64,000 bases of DNA. Origin: Anthoceros angustus (Eukaryota > Plantae > Anthocerotophyta). A model generated the notes under the pieces. The model did no database searches. It saw only the letters and a program-made list of their open reading frames with translations, and was not told where the DNA came from. Numbering within the stretch: the first letter of the stretch is position 1; every line of letters begins with the position of its first letter. A program made the position numbers and the translations under genes. Below are positions 32,011 to 46,799 of this stretch, one piece after another. Location of the stretch: assembly GCA_010909165.1 (NCBI GenBank), contig MU008170.1, positions 744,001 through 808,000 on the forward strand, written 5' to 3'.

Positions 32011-32799
32011 ATTTAAGTACCGATCGAAGCATAGGATGTTTAACAGCCACGTTCGTGTGTCCATTTGGCCTAAGCCATTTTGGACACACATGCTTCTCCT
32101 TTCTCTGATCTTGCCAAGAGCCAGCAATTGCTATGCAACAAGAGGATCTTAACTATGCGGCCCGCTCATGTTTCTTGCCACCAAAGTTTGCAGGAGCTGA
32201 AGTGCTCTGAAGTTCACATCCTACTACTGAGAGCAGACATTTCGTACATGCTTCAAGCAGCATTCATGCTGTAATAAGCTTAAGGTGTCCGGGAAGCCTA
32301 ACTTTGTGCCCTTGTGAAAAGACACTCATGAATCCCATATTCACAAAATCCATCAGAGGTCCAAGTAGGCAGACACACTTAACCGTCTCCTCAAGAGACA
32401 TTATCACTTCTCTGTTGTGAAATCCCACCGTCAAAACGCAGTTGCTCAGAGTCATCTTCGCCCCTGGCCCATTACTGCTCCATACTCAGCTCTTCATGAA
32501 GGACAATCTGTTTGAAGCCATTGACAAGAGTGGACTGCCTGCTCCTGTGTGAGCACGGGGCCCTCCACGTTGTTATCTATCACTTGTAACTGATTTGTGC
32601 CTAAAACAGAGATACATTCTGTCCAGCCTCGCCCCTGGAGTCGTTTAGGGTCTGTGAAACACCAAAGAAGCACCTGCCGCTCTGGCTGAAACCAGAACAT
32701 CGCTTTGACATCTTCCGTAAGTCGTCATCCCTTTCACCAAAGCGACATCTGGCCAGGAAGGCTGCTTGCATTCCTCCAAAATACTCTTCCTCCACCTGC

Positions 32800-35180
32800 T
32801 GCCCTGGATTAGACGATGCGCTCATCCACCCAAGCTGGCTTAAACATGTTGTCCAACCACAGCACCTCGCCGGACCCCTTACGCCGGAAGTCAGGCGAAC
32901 GGGAGCTCTTCTTATCTCGTCTGTTGTCCCACCACATGGTAGGGTCCAGAAAAAATTGTTGCCACAAGTGCTCCTGCTCCTGGCAACGACCATCGCTGGA
33001 AACCCCGTCCCCACCACACACTTTCTCGGGACTGGAGTGCTGGGCTCCTTACACTGCTGCACCTGGAGGCTTGTTTGCCAGGTTTGACTCCTAAGATGAG
33101 GTGAGCAGGAGCTCCTCATCCTGTACACCAATTTGTTGGGTCCCGCAACGGTCCGGCTGCCATACTGTGGCCATCGTTCAGGGACTGCTGTCGGAGGATG
33201 AGTCTAACAACAGACTATGGCAGCATGCCCCAAAGCAACAAGTCTGTTGGCCAAGATGCCGCAAATTCGGCAGAGGTTGCACCAAGGGCATCCACTCCCT
33301 TTCACCAAAGAAGCACCTGCCGCTCTGGCTGAAACTCTGCCTCTTTCTGTCCAGCCTCGCCCCTGGCCCATTCCCAGAGGAAAACGGACATGCATGTCCA
33401 TGTCTGTCTGCAGCGGCAGATGCACCTGGAGAATGTAGCATTGGCACCTGCAACCTTCTTCCACAAATGGTCATTGTTGGATTCACTCTGGGCTGCTAAA
33501 GTCAGCGAATGAAGAAGCAAGTGCTACCAAGTTTGACGACTTCGACAAGGGTCTAGCAGGTGGCGATCACAGACACAGACACACAGAGCTGCGTTCAAAA
33601 CTCTTGTGCTGTAAACTTGTATTGTCCGCAGACACAGACACAGAGCTGCGTTCAAAACTCTTGTGATGTCAAATTGTGTTGTTCGCAGACTTCCCTGACC
33701 TCAGCTCGTCTCACGAGTAGTTCACGACTTCCTCCAGCAGGTATTAAACGAAGAAGTCTATTCCATTGAGTCTACTTGCATGGAAGTTTTCGTATTATGG
33801 ACTTTGGTACTTAATTTTCAATTTTTCCTATAATGGGACACTTGTACCATGGTGTGACTAGGCTACTAGAAGAGGAAGAAGAATTTTATTAAGATGGATT
33901 TCCGTCATGGGACTTGGTACATAACAACTTGTACCATGGTGTGCCTAAGCTACTTGCACCAAGGGCATCCACTCCTTTCAGGCACCCCATCTAAGTACCA
34001 ATCTAAACGGTAGGATGCTTAATCACGATGTTCTTATAAATATTTTTCCTATAATGGGACACTTGTATCATGGTGTGACTATTATAATGATGGGACACTT
34101 GTACCATGGTGTGACTAAGCTACTAGAAGAAGAAGAATTTTATTTAAGTCCACTAGAACGGATTTTGTATAGGACTTGGTAGCAACTTGTACCATGGTGT
34201 GCCTAAGCTACTTGCACCAAGGGCATCCACTCCCTTTCAGCACCCCATCTAAGTACCGATCTAAGCGCAGGATGCTTAATCACGATGTTCTTATAAATGT
34301 GTGTCCATAGGCCTAAGCGATTTGGACCAAGGGCATCCACTCCCTTTAGGGACCCATTTAAGTACCGATCGAAGCATAGGATGTTTAACAGCCACGTTCG
34401 TGTGTCCATTTGGCCTAAGCCATTTTGGACACACATGCTTCTCCTTTCTGATCTTGCCAAGAGCCAGCAATTGCTATGCAACAAGAGGATCTTAACTATG
34501 CGGCCCGCTCATGTTTCTTGCCACCAAAGTTTGCAGGAGCTGAAGTGCTCTGAAGTTCACATCCTACTACTCCGAGAGCAGACATTTCGTACATGCTTCA
34601 AGCAGCATTCATGCTGTAATAAGCTTAAGGTGTCCGGGAAGCCTAACTTTGTGCCCTTGTGAAAAGACACTCATGAATCCCATATTCACAAAATCCATCA
34701 GAGGTCCAAGTAGGCAGACACACTTAACCGTCTCCTCAAGAGACATTATCACTTCTCTGTTGTGAAATCCCACCGTCAAAACGCAGTTGCTCAGAGTCAT
34801 CTTCGCCCCTGGCCCATTACTGCTCCATACTCAGCTCTTCATGAAGGACAATCTGTTTGAAGCCATTGACAAGAGTGGACTGCCTGCTCCTGTGTGAGCA
34901 CGGGGCCCTCCACGTTGTTATCTATCACTTGTAACTGATTTGTGCCTAAAACAGAGATACATTCTGTCCAGCCTCGCCCCCTGGAGTCGTTTAGGGTCTG
35001 TGAAACACCAAAGAAGCACCTGCCGCTCTGGCTGAAACCAGAACATCGCTTTGACATCTTCCGTAAGTCGTCATCCCTTTCACCAAAGCGACATCTGGCC
35101 AGGAAGGCTGCTTGCATTCCTCCAAAATACTCTTCCTCCACCTGCTGCCCTGGATTAGACGATGCGCTCATCCACCCTGT
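32800..35180. repeat. Rearranged duplicate of the PPR 5' end (including the PDF motif) and its upstream region
   Basis: 32825-33130 matches 30485-30790. 33420-35180 matches 31070-32830. Fragments of 35540-36100 are inserted. Confidence 0.85.
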
Positions 35181-37376
35181 GTATCGTCATTTGCACGACG
35201 AGTCCAATCAGACGTGCATGCCCCAAAGCAGCAAGTCGACCGGTGGGCGAGGACAATGCCATTCTTGAGCTCAGCAGAGATATGGACAAAGGGATTTTGC
35301 CAAGTGATGAGAAGACTGGAGGGTAGGAAAGGATCGACCGGAGAGTAGGAAAGGATCCTCCAAACATATTTTTCCCCAAAAAGGACACGATTTAGAGCTG
35401 TTGCGCGAAAGACTGGCTTTCAAAGGGATGGGACATGTGCAAGGTGGCAGAGACTGGGTTTGCGGCTTTGACATCAGGCCAATTGTGATGGCAGGATGTA
35501 TGGGGGAGCCCGGCAGCAGCAATCTGTTTGTCCAACAAGTCTGTTGGCCAAGATGCCGCAAATTCGGCTACAAGAATCCAATCTTGCGGTGCAGGCGCTG
35601 GCGCTTCTGATTTAACGCTCGAAAGATGAACAGGCTGAAACTCTGCCTCTTTCTGTCCATCGATCGAGCTTCGGGGCAAAGCAGGGACTCGTACCAAGAT
35701 GCCGTCTTGCTCCCGCATCACTGCTCTCTGTCTCGGTGAGGTGAACAATTCCATAGCTGACTGCAGCAGGCTGATCGGAAAATGGTCCTGGTCCAGAGCG
35801 CGCGCCACACTGCATGCTCAAATTCGGCAGAGGTTGCACCAAATTGCGCGCCCAGGAAACTGCCGGAGGAAGTGGTGGAAGAAGCGCTGCTGCGGTTACC
35901 GGCGGCTCCAGGCCCGCTCCCGAGCTGTGTGCAAGAAGTGGCTTGCCCTGCTCACCAATCCAGAGCTTCTCCGGCGGAGTTTTCTCCAGACACTTTTGCT
36001 GACGTCGCCTCCCGGCATGCCCCATGGGCCATGGCCCATTCCCAGAGGAAAACGGACATGCATGTCCATGTCTGTCTGCAGCGGCAGATGCACCTGGCCT
36101 GGATTGCCCGGGACTTTCCCCCGACCTGTGTCCGGGGGACTTGTAGGGGGAATAGAGGAGGCGGGGTGAAGGCCCCTGAGGGTCGAAGGCCTCGTCCCGG
36201 CCCTGGCAGCCTTTGTGGGCACCGTGGATGGTGAGCAACTCGGATGTGGGAACAAAGATGTTGAAGACAAAGCTTTACCGGTGCATGATGCCCTGCATAC
36301 AATGCCATGTTGGACGGCATTTCTACCCAGTGCCTGCATCACAATGCAGGAGCTACTACCTAGAGAATCTCCTGAATTTCATCACAGGAATACCATGTCT
36401 TCATCCCCTTTCCAGATTCCCCCACCTTCTCCACCCTCGAGCTCAAATTCATGCACACAACATACCAGCTGGTTGGCAAGTTGGAGGTGCCATTGCCGTG
36501 CCTCCCTCAAGAGTCGTCCGGTTCTTGTGATGAGGCTCGTTAACCATGTCTACCAATCGTGGACCAGACAATTGCGGTACCCTCCGGATGCAGTACACAT
36601 CTGATAACCTGCTCAAGGTGGGCTGATGGACACACGCCTTTCCACTTGCCTGGGAGTGTGTGTACAGAAGACATCCTTGCCAGAGCCACGTACATACGTG
36701 TGGGGGCGGAGCCGTGTGATTGGCTGCGGTTTTACCAGGCTTTTGCACACAACTTGTGATTCCTGACGCCTGGCACGAGGACGGCATGGCCGTCTCCTAC
36801 TGTCGGGATCCGGTCGTGGGAGGTGGAGGTGGAGGTGGCCATGGCCTGTTGCGCTTCGCCCCGCATTGTTGGGATGCGCAGTAGCGCATTCTGCTCACCC
36901 GCCTCCATGCGGCTGCGCTTGCGCCAGGGTTTGTTTGCATTTGACAGTACGTCTGGTATCTGGTAGTCCTGCGTTATGCCATCGTCGTGCTTTGAAGCCC
37001 TGCAAGGCCATGCCGGCGCTGCTGCTGCTTGCGAGAAGAGCAAGGCAGGATTTCTCCACTCTTCCCTGTCTTCCTGCACCCGCGCCCCATGCCTGAGGAG
37101 GAGAGAGCCAGGTGCAGGCAGGAGGTAATCTTACGGGCCCGGGATAAAGATGGCACGGGGCAGGTGCAGGCGCAAACCGCAGCAGGTTAGGATTTGCAGC
37201 ATGAGGAGCGGCATGTCAGGGAGATGCTCTCGGTGCGGAGTGAGCTGTCGGGCCTGAAGGAGGACCGGGGGAATGTCCGAGCTGTACGGTTGGCCGAGGC
37301 TGCAATTCTGGCAGAGGAAGGAGCTGGAGCGGAGCTGAAGTGAGCTGGCCCTCGGGAGAATTTGCTGAAAGCGGAG

Positions 37377-39326
37377 ATGGCTAGCTTGTTTCCCCCGTTC
37401 GGGCAGGCGGCGAATATAGCACAGCTTGCAGGCGTAGATGCCCTGAAACTGATCGCTCTCATCATCTCTGCAGCGAAGAATGCACGAATGCACAAGAAGA
37501 ATTGCCGGCAGTTTGCTCAGCATTTGAAGCTGATTGGTATGCACCTGCTTTGATCTGGTTTCTGTGTTTTTCCGTCTGAGATTTGGAGTGGATTGCAGTG
37601 TAGCCTCATGGATGCCGTGTCCCTGTCCCTCAGGAGCTCTGCTGGAACAGCTCAAGTTGTCGGAATTGCGGAAGCGACCGGAGACAAGTGAGCCTCTGGC
37701 ACATTTAGAAGATGCGTTGAAGCGAGCTTTAGTTCTTGTGAACAGCTGCCAAGATAAGAGCTACTTGTATCTGCTGGCCATGGGCTGGACAATTGTCCAG
37801 CAATTCAAAGAGTGCCAGGCGGAAATCGACAAGTATCTCAAGCTCATTCCTCTGATTGCCCTGGTTGAGAACAATAGGGTAAGGCGGAAGCTGTCTGCTT
37901 TCTTGTGCCCGTTTTCCTGTTCGTCTGTCTGACAGGCTTCGTTAGGGCGGCAAAAGGCAGGTAGCTGACGTTGGTATTGATAGGAACATGCTTATGTTGC
38001 ATGACAGGATCGCATGAAGGCAATTGAGAACATTGAGAAGGATAAACGGGAGTACACTCTGGACGAGCAGGAAATGAAAGTGCAGAACACCATTCTTAAA
38101 CCAGAACGGTCTTACAGTGACTCAATCACCCTCTCAAGGGAGCTTTCCAGGAGCTATCCTGGGGTCCCATTGAATCAAGCTTTGAAAAAGGAGAATGCAA
38201 AATTACGAGCTGAGCTCTACCAAATGCAGGCCATGATGGCAACTGATCAGGTTGAGGTAATAGAGCATCTCATTGGGATAACGGAAGAAGTGGATCCGAA
38301 TGCCGTTGAGGCGAACCTGAAGGAGGCTGAAGATCTGCCAGTGGTTGTATGGGAGCCGGGTGTTCCAGAAGCCAAAAAGTACTTGCCCTCGGCCACTGCC
38401 AACTTCATCCTGCAGCAGCATGTGTCATTGAATTCTCCTGAGAAACGACTAGTTGTTGACACGAGCGTTTCATATCCATGTGGCAGACAGAGTAAGCAGT
38501 CGCAGAAGCACCAGGCGAACATTGAAGAGGGGACAGTAATTCAACAACGCAAATGGGAGTCGTCCTACGATTCAGAAGAGTGGCGGCATGGCCTGTTCGA
38601 TTGCTGGACAGCACCTTGTACATGTGGGTCTCTCCCCCATTTGTTTTCCTGGTCATTAGCGTTTGACATAAACTGGCAACATCGTGCTTCTCGTCTTGGC
38701 TACAGGTTTCTCGACTTGCTGCTATCCGTGTGGCACTTTCACCGATATTGCTGCCTTTGTATCTGTTGGAGAAGTCCGTAAGTACACCCTCCAGCCGTCT
38801 CTATCGTACTTTTTCTTGGTCACTATCTTCTTAATTTCACGCCAACTTGCATGTGTGGCATCGTGTGTCTGCAGCAAAGGAAGCTGCTTGCAATGAGTTC
38901 TGCTTCTACACGCTGTTCCTTGGATGTTTCTGTTACACAAGCTGCTTTCGCAGAAAAGTGCGAAAGCGGTACTTGATCCCAGTACGTACATACATCTCCG
39001 CCTGTGACTCACTAAGTTTGTCTCTGCCTGATCACTCTTATCTACAAGCAACGCCTGTCCATCTCCAGGGAACCATTTGTGATGACTTTTGTGCGCACAC
39101 ATTATGCTTCTGCTGTGCTCTTATACAAGAGTGGCGAGAGATCGAGTTCAGAGAGCTCAAGGGTAAGCCTAGTCCTTGGGTCGATCTCCTGATCAGGGTT
39201 GTGTTTAGCATGTAATTGATGTACAATACGGACCTCATCATGATTGACGATGTGCTATGTTCAGCGGTGAAGCGACGAGCGCAACAGTTGGAAGCCCCAG
39301 GCGAGGAGAAGATGTCAAGAAGGTGA
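37377..39326 (+). CDS. MCA1: MCA1-like mechanosensitive Ca2+ channel / PLAC8 protein. Exons 37377-37536, 37634-37878, 38008-38623, 38706-38777, 38875-38981, 39069-39162, 39265-39326
   Basis: QLAGVDALKLIALIISAAKNARMHKKNCRQFAQHLKLIG, SYLYLLAMGW, EYTLDE, EEWRHGLFDC, CYPCGTF and CCALIQEWRE. Splice phases are consistent. Confidence 0.92.
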
Positions 39327-39599
39327 CGGGCAGCCAGCCAACGGGTCACTGTTGGGAGTGGTTGTCACTCATGGTTACCTCTGGACAGCAGTAAGACTGA
39401 ACCATACTGATGGAGCTTCTGAGCTCCAGGTGCTTACCGTGCACTCCACTGGTACAAGTACATTCAAGGTTGGGTGATCACTCTATTCGTTGCAGGATGC
39501 CACCGTACTGAAGTGATAGCTCCTCTGCCTTGGCTCTATCTCTTGCTGGACTCACGGATGCTTCTCTTCCCTCTCAAGCTGCCACCATCCTCCTTGTGG

Positions 39600-42500
39600 C
39601 ACTAATTCAAACATGTCCCCCTCTTGCTCCACGCTCTCCTCACAAGACAATGACTTGCGGTTGGTTGTTCATTCCAGCAAAGGGGCTGTTGAAACCAAGG
39701 CCATTTCTTTCCTCAAGCGCGTTTTCCACGGGGAGGCAGAGCTTGCCGGGAGCCCAGGACCACAAGGCACCGTCTTTGGTGAAAAGTCTGGACTGTTGCT
39801 CCTCGAGAGATCTGGTGGTAAATGGAGCACAAAGTTGCCACTGTGCGCATGTGACCTTGTCGCCTCGGCCTGGAAGCCCTTATAGCAGTTCAGGGCGTGC
39901 AATCTAGATCCAGACATCCCAAGGGTGCATGAATCCTCGCCCCCCTGCTGCATGCATCCTTTGCTGCACTGACAGTGCCTTTGGTTTCCTCTCCCCTCCT
40001 CCCACAGGACGATGGATGCCTGACTCCCGCTGTGTGTGTGCAGGAGCCTTGTGATTGCCTCCATCCCCGAGGCTCGCTTGCAATCAAACATCCTCCATGG
40101 CTCCTCTCCCGTCCTCCATGCTACCACTGCTACTGCACCTGCTCCTGATCGCGGTGGACGTGAAAGCTGCTCCAGGCAGCTGGCAATTGCTAGTCCGAAA
40201 TGCGGGCATATCAGCGATGCACGCGGCCGTGACCCACCACAACACCGTCGTTCTCCTGGACAGGACCAACATCGGAGCCTCCCAAATCGCGCTCCCCAAC
40301 GGAGTGTGCAGGAACAACCCACTGGACCGCAGACTGAAACACGACTGCACCGCCCATTCCGTGGTCCTGGACCTGAACAACAACGGAATCCGTCCCCTCT
40401 TCATTCAGACCGACACATGGTGCTCTTCAGGTACGCCCGGCCCTGCTGCAGTCTGTTGCGCGAGACGTCTTTCAGTTCGTTCAGCTTTCACTCCATCTCG
40501 CATGCTCGTGAACCCATGCACTGATCGCCCACCAATTCTGCGCTGCGCAGGCCAGTTCGTGGGCGACGGCACGCTGGTGCAGACCGGGGCGACGCGGACG
40601 GCATCGACAAAATCCGGCTGCTCCGGCCTGCCCCGGCGGCGGAGCTGCAACTGGATGGAGAGCAGCCGGATGCGGCTCCAGGAGCCGCGGTGGTACGCCA
40701 CCAACCAGCTGCTCCCGGACGGGCGGCAGATCGTGGGAGGCCGCGGCGTCTTCACGCTGGAATTCGTGCCTCCCGCGGCCAGCCCCGTCCTCCTCCAGCT
40801 CCTCCGCGACTCCGTGACCCCCAGGCCGACAACCCCTTCGTCCATCTCCTCCCCAACGGCAACCTCTTCATCTTCGCCAACGCCGACTCCATCGAGTACG
40901 ACTACAATTCCAACACCGTCCTCCGCCACTACCCGCCTCCCTGGCGGCCCTCGCAACTACCCCTCCGCCGGCTCCTCCGCCATGCTCTCCCTCCTCCCCC
41001 AGGCGCCTGCGGAGAGTATTCCTGCAACAATCCTTCAAATTTCCATCTGCTTCTACACGCTGTTCCTTGGATGTTTCTGTTACACAAGCTGCTTTCGCAG
41101 AAAAGTGCGAAAGCGGTACTTGATCCCAGTACGTACATACATCTCCGCCTGTGACTCACTAAGTTTGTCTCTGCCTGATCACTCTTATCTACAAGCAACG
41201 CCTGTCCATCTCCAGGGAACCATTTGTGATGACTTTTGTGCGCACACATTATGCTTCTGCTGTGCTCTTATACAAGAGTGGCGAGAGATCGAGTTCAGAG
41301 AGCTCAAGGGTAAGCCTAGTCCTTGGGTCGATCTCCTGATCAGGGTTGTGTTTAGCATGTAATTGATGTACAATACGGACCTCATCATGATTGACGATGT
41401 GCTATGTTCAGCGGTGAAGCGACGAGCGCAACAGTTGGAAGCCCAGGCGAGGAGAAGATGTCAAGAAGGTGACGGGCAGCCAGCCAACGGGTCACTGTTG
41501 GGAGTGGTTGTCACTCATGGTTACCTCTGGACAGCAGTAAGACTGAACCATACTGATGGAGCTTCTGAGCTCCAGGTGCTTACTGCACTCCACTGGTACA
41601 AGTACATTCAAGGTTGGGTGATCACTCTATTCGTTGCAGGATGCCACCGTACTGAAGTGATAGCTCCTCTGCCTTGGCTCTATCTCTTGCTGGACTCACG
41701 GATGCTTCTCTTCCCTCTCAAGCTCATTCCTCTGCCTTGGCTCTATCTCTTGCTGGACTCACGGATGCTTCTCTTCCCTCTCAAGCTGCCACCATCCTCC
41801 TTGTGTTTCTTCTTCTGCCAAGAAGCTGTTTTATCTCCACTTCGAATCCCCTCCTGTTTTCTTCTGGTCAACAAAGCTTCGTAGGAACTCGCATGGCATG
41901 AAGATGCTTCCAACTTCGTCTTGCCTTTCTTCTTCCTTTGCTATCTTCATAGGAACTCGTATGACAGGATCGCATGAAGGCAATTGAGAACATTGAGAAG
42001 GATAAACGGGAGTACACTCTGGACGAGCAGGAAATGAAAGTGCAGAACACCATTCTTAAACCAGAACGGTCTTACAGTGACTCAATCACCCTCTCAAGGG
42101 AGCTTTCCAGGAGCTATCCTGGGGTCCCATTGAATCAAGCTTTGAAAAGGAGAATGCAAAATTACGAGCTGAGCTCTACCAAATGCAGGCCATGATGGCA
42201 ACTGATCAGGTTGAGGTAATAGAGCATCTCATTGGGATAACGGAAGAAGTGGATCCGAATGCCGTTGAGGCGAACCTGAAGGAGGCTGAAGATCTGCCAG
42301 TGGTTGTATGGGAGCCGGGTGTTCCAGAAGCCAAAAGTACTTGCCCTCGGCCACTGCCAACTTCATCCTGCAGCAGCATGTGTCATTGAATTCTCCTGAG
42401 AAACGACTAGTTGTTGACACGAGCGTTTCATATCCATGTGGCAGACAGAGTAAGCAGTCGCAGAAGCACCAGGCGAACATTGAAGAGGGGACAGTAATTC

Positions 42501-45500
42501 AACAACGCAAATGGGAGTCGTCCTACGATTCAGAAGAGTGGCGGCATGGCCTGTTCGATTGCTGGACAGCACCTTGTACATGTGGGTCTCTCCCCATTTG
42601 TTTTCCTGGTCATTAGCGTTTGACATAAACTGGCAACATCGTGCTTCTCGTCTTGGCTACAGGTTTCTCGACTTGCTGCTATCCGTGTGGCACTTTCACC
42701 GATATTGCTGCCTTTGTATCTGTTGGAGAAGTCCGTAAGTACACCCTCCAGCCGTCTCTATCGTACTTTTCTTGGTCACTATCTTCTTAATTTCACGCCA
42801 ACTTGCATGTGTGGCATCGTGTGTCTGCAGCAAAGGAAGCTGCTTGCAATGAGTTCTGCTTCTACACGCTGTTCCTTGGATGTTTCTGTTACACAAGCTG
42901 CTTTCGCAGAAAAGTGCGAAAGCGGTACTTGATCCCAGTACGTACATACATCTCCGCCTGTGACTCACTAAGTTTGTCTCTGCCTGATCACTCTTATCTA
43001 CAAGCAACGCCTGTCCATCTCCAGGGAACCATTTGTGATGACTTTTGTGCGCACACATTATGCTTCTGCTGTGCTCTTATACAAGAGTGGCGAGAGATCG
43101 AGTTCAGAGAGCTCAAGGGTAAGCCTAGTCCTTGGGTCGATCTCCTGATCAGGGTTGTGTTTAGCATGTAATTGATGTACAATACGGACCTCATCATGAT
43201 TGACGATGTGCTATGTTCAGCGGTGAAGCGACGAGCGCAACAGTTGGAAGCCCAGGCGAGGTGGTGATCATCAACGGCGCACAAACAGGATCCCAGGGCT
43301 GGGGCAACGCAGCCAGCCGGCATTGAATCCGTCCTCTACTCCCCAAACAACCCACCAGGAGCTATCCTGGGGTCCCATTGAATCAAGCTTTGAAAAGGAG
43401 AATGCAAAATTACGAGCTGAGCTCTACCAAATGCAGGCCATGATGGCAACTGATCAGGTTGAGGTAATAGAGCATCTCATTGGGATAACGGAAGAAGTGG
43501 ATCCGAATGCCGTTGAGGCGAACCTGAAGGAGGCTGAAGATCTGCCAGTGGTTGTATGGGAGCCGGGTGTTCCAGAAGCCAAAAGTACTTGCCCTCGGCC
43601 ACTGCCAACTTCATCCTGCAGCAGCATGTGTCATTGAATTCTCCTGAGAAACGACTAGTTGTTGACACGAGCGTTTCATATCCATGTGGCAGACAGAGTA
43701 AGCAGTCGCAGAAGCACCAGGCGAACATTGAAGAGGGGACAGTAATTCAACAACGCAAATGGGAGTCGTCCTACGATTCAGAAGAGTGGCGGCATGGCCT
43801 GTTCGATTGCTGGACAGCACCTTGTACATGTGGGTCTCTCCCCATTTGTTTTCCTGGTCATTAGCGTTTGACATAAACTGGCAACATCGTGCTTCTCGTC
43901 TTGGCTACAGGTTTCTCGACTTGCTGCTATCCGTGTGGCACTTTCACCGATATTGCTGCCTTTGTATCTGTTGGAGAAGTCCGTAAGTACACCCTCCAGC
44001 CGTCTCTATCGTACTTTTCTTGGTCACTATCTTCTTAATTTCACGCCAACTTGCATGTGTGGCATCGTGTGTCTGCAGCAAAGGAAGCTGCTTGCAATGA
44101 GTTCTGCTTCTACACGCTGTTCCTTGGATGTTTCTGTTACAAGCTGCTTTCGCAGAAAAGTGCAGTACTTGATCCCAGTACGTACATACATCTCCGCCTG
44201 TGACTCACTAAGTTTGTCTCTGCCTGATCACTCTTATCTACAAGCAACGCCTGTCCATCTCCAGGGAACCATTTGTGATGACTTTTGTGCGCACACATTA
44301 TGCTTCTGCTGTGCTCTTATACAAGAGTGGCGAGAGATCGAGTTCAGAGAGCTCAAGGGTAAGCCTAGTCCTTGGGTCGATCTCCTGATCAGGGTTGTGT
44401 TTAGCATGTAATTGATGTACAATACGGACCTCATCATGATTGACGATGTGCTATGTTCAGCGGTGAAGCGACGAGCGCAACAGTTGGAAGCCCAGGCGAG
44501 GAGAAGATGTCAAGAAGGTGACGGGCAGCCAGCCAACGGGTCACTGTTGGGAGTGGTTGTCACTCATGGTTACCTCTGGACAGCAGTAAGACTGAACCAT
44601 ACTGATGGAGCTTCTGAGCTCCAGGTGCTTACGTGCACTCCACTGGTACAAGTACATTCAAGGTTGGGTGATCACTCTATTCGTTGCAGGATGCCACCGT
44701 ACTGAAGTGATAGCTCCTCTGCCTTGGCTCTATCTCTTGCTGGACTCACGGATGCTTCTCTTCCCTCTCAAGCTGCCACCATCCTCCTTGTGGCACTAAT
44801 TCAAACATGTCCCCTCTTGCTCCACGCTCTCCTCCTCCAGCTCCTCCGCGACTCCCGTGACCCACCACAACACCGTCCTCCATGGCTCCTCTCCCGTCCT
44901 CCATGCTACCACTGCTACTGCACCTGCTCCTGATCGCGGTGGACGTGAAAGCTGCTCCGGCCTGCCCCGGCGGCGGGAGCTGCAACTGGATGGAGAGCAG
45001 CCGGATGCGGCTCCAGGAGCCGCGGTGGTACGCCACCAACCAGCTGCTCCGGCCTGCCCCGGCGGCGGGAGCTGCAACTGGATGGAGAGCAGCCGGATGC
45101 GGCTCCAGGAGCCGCGGTGGTACGCCACCAACCAGCTGCTCCAGGCAGCTGGCAATTGCTAGTCCGAAATGCGGGCATATCAGCGATGCACGCGGCCGTG
45201 ACCCACCACAACACCGTCCTCCTCCCCAACGGCAACCTCTTCATCTTCGCCAACGCCGACTCCATCGAGTACGACTACAATTCCAACACCGTCCTCCATG
45301 GCTCCTCTCCCGTCCTCCATGCTACCACTGCTACTGCACCTGCTCCCGGACGCGCGCATCCTCATCGCCGGCTCCAACACCCACGAAACCTACACGTTCC
45401 AAGGCCCGTTCCGACCGAGCTCCGGATCGAGGCCTTCTCCCCAGCTATCTCCACGGGAGGCAGAGCTTGCCGGGAGCCCAGGACCACAAGGCACCGTCTT

Positions 45501-46790
45501 TGGTGAAAAGTCTGGACTGTTGCTCCTCGAGAGATCTGGTGGTAAATGGAGCACAAAGTTGCCACTGTGCGCATGTGACCTTGTCGCCTCGGCCTGGAAG
45601 CCCTTATAGCAGTTCAGGGCGTGCAATCTAGATCCAGACATCCCAAGGGTGCATGAATCCTCGCCCCCCTGCTGCATGCATCCTTTGCTGCACTGACAGT
45701 GCCTTTGGTTTCCTCTCCCCTCCTCCCACAGGACGATGGATGCCTGACTCCCGCTGTGTGTGTGCAGGAGCCTTGTGATTGCCTCCATCCCCGAGGCTCG
45801 CTTGCAATCAAACATCCTCCATGGCTCCTCTCCCGTCCTCCATGCTACCACTGCTACTGCACCTGCTCCTGATCGCGGTGGACGTGAAAGCTGCTCCAGG
45901 CAGCTGGCAATTGCTAGTCCGAAATGCGGGCATATCAGCGATGCACGCGGCCGTGACCCACCACAACACCGTCGTTCTCCTGGACAGGACCAACATCGGA
46001 GCCTCCCCAAATCGCGCTCCCCAACGGGTGTGCAGGAACAACCCACTGGACCGCAGACTGAAACACGACTGCACCGCCCATTCCGTGGTCCTGGACCTGA
46101 ACAACAACGGAATCCGTCCCTCTTCATTCAGACCGACACATGGTGCTCTTCAGGTACGCCCCTGCTGCATGCATCCTTTGCTGCACTGACAGTGCCTTTG
46201 GTTTCCTCTCCTCCTCCCACAGGACGATGGATGCCTGACTCCCGCTGTGTGTGTGCAGGAGCCTTGTGATTGCCTCCATCCCGAGGCTCGCTTGCAATCA
46301 AACATCCTCCATGGCTCCTCTCCCGTCCTCCATGCTACCACTGCTACTGCACCTGCTCCTGATCGCGGTGGACGTGAAAGCTGCTCCAGGCAGCTGGCAA
46401 TTGCTAGTCGAAATGCGGGCATATCAGCGATGCACGCGGCCGTGACCCACCACAACACCGTCGTTCTCCTGGACAGGACCAACATCGGAGCCTCCCCAAA
46501 TCGCGCTCCCCAACGGGTGTGCAGGAACAACCCACTGGACCGCAGACTGAAACACGACTGCACCGCCCATTCCGTGGTCCTGGACCTGAACAACAACGGA
46601 ATCCGTCCCTCTTCATTCAGACCGACACATGGTGCTCTTCAGGTACGCCCCTGCTGCATGCATCCTTTGCTGCACTGACAGTGCCTTTGGTTTCCTCTCC
46701 TCCTCCCACAGGACGATGGATGCCTGACTCCCGCTGTGTGTGTGCAGGAGCCTTGTGATTGCCTCCATCCCGAGGCTCGCTTGCAATCAA
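39600..46790 (+). repeat. Mosaic of partial MCA1 and GLOX copies
   Basis: MCA 3' exons recur at ~41050-41730, ~41960-43260 and ~43355-44810. GLOX 5' region recurs at ~39600-41045, 44830-45470, 45470-46160 and 46160-46650. Confidence 0.9.
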
Positions 46791-46799
46791 ACATCCTCC

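Noticed and set aside
40055-41362. GLOX-PLAC8 fusion protein
   Set aside because: It arises at a 9-bp microhomology junction, reads through introns and contains frameshifted segments, so it is probably not a real gene.
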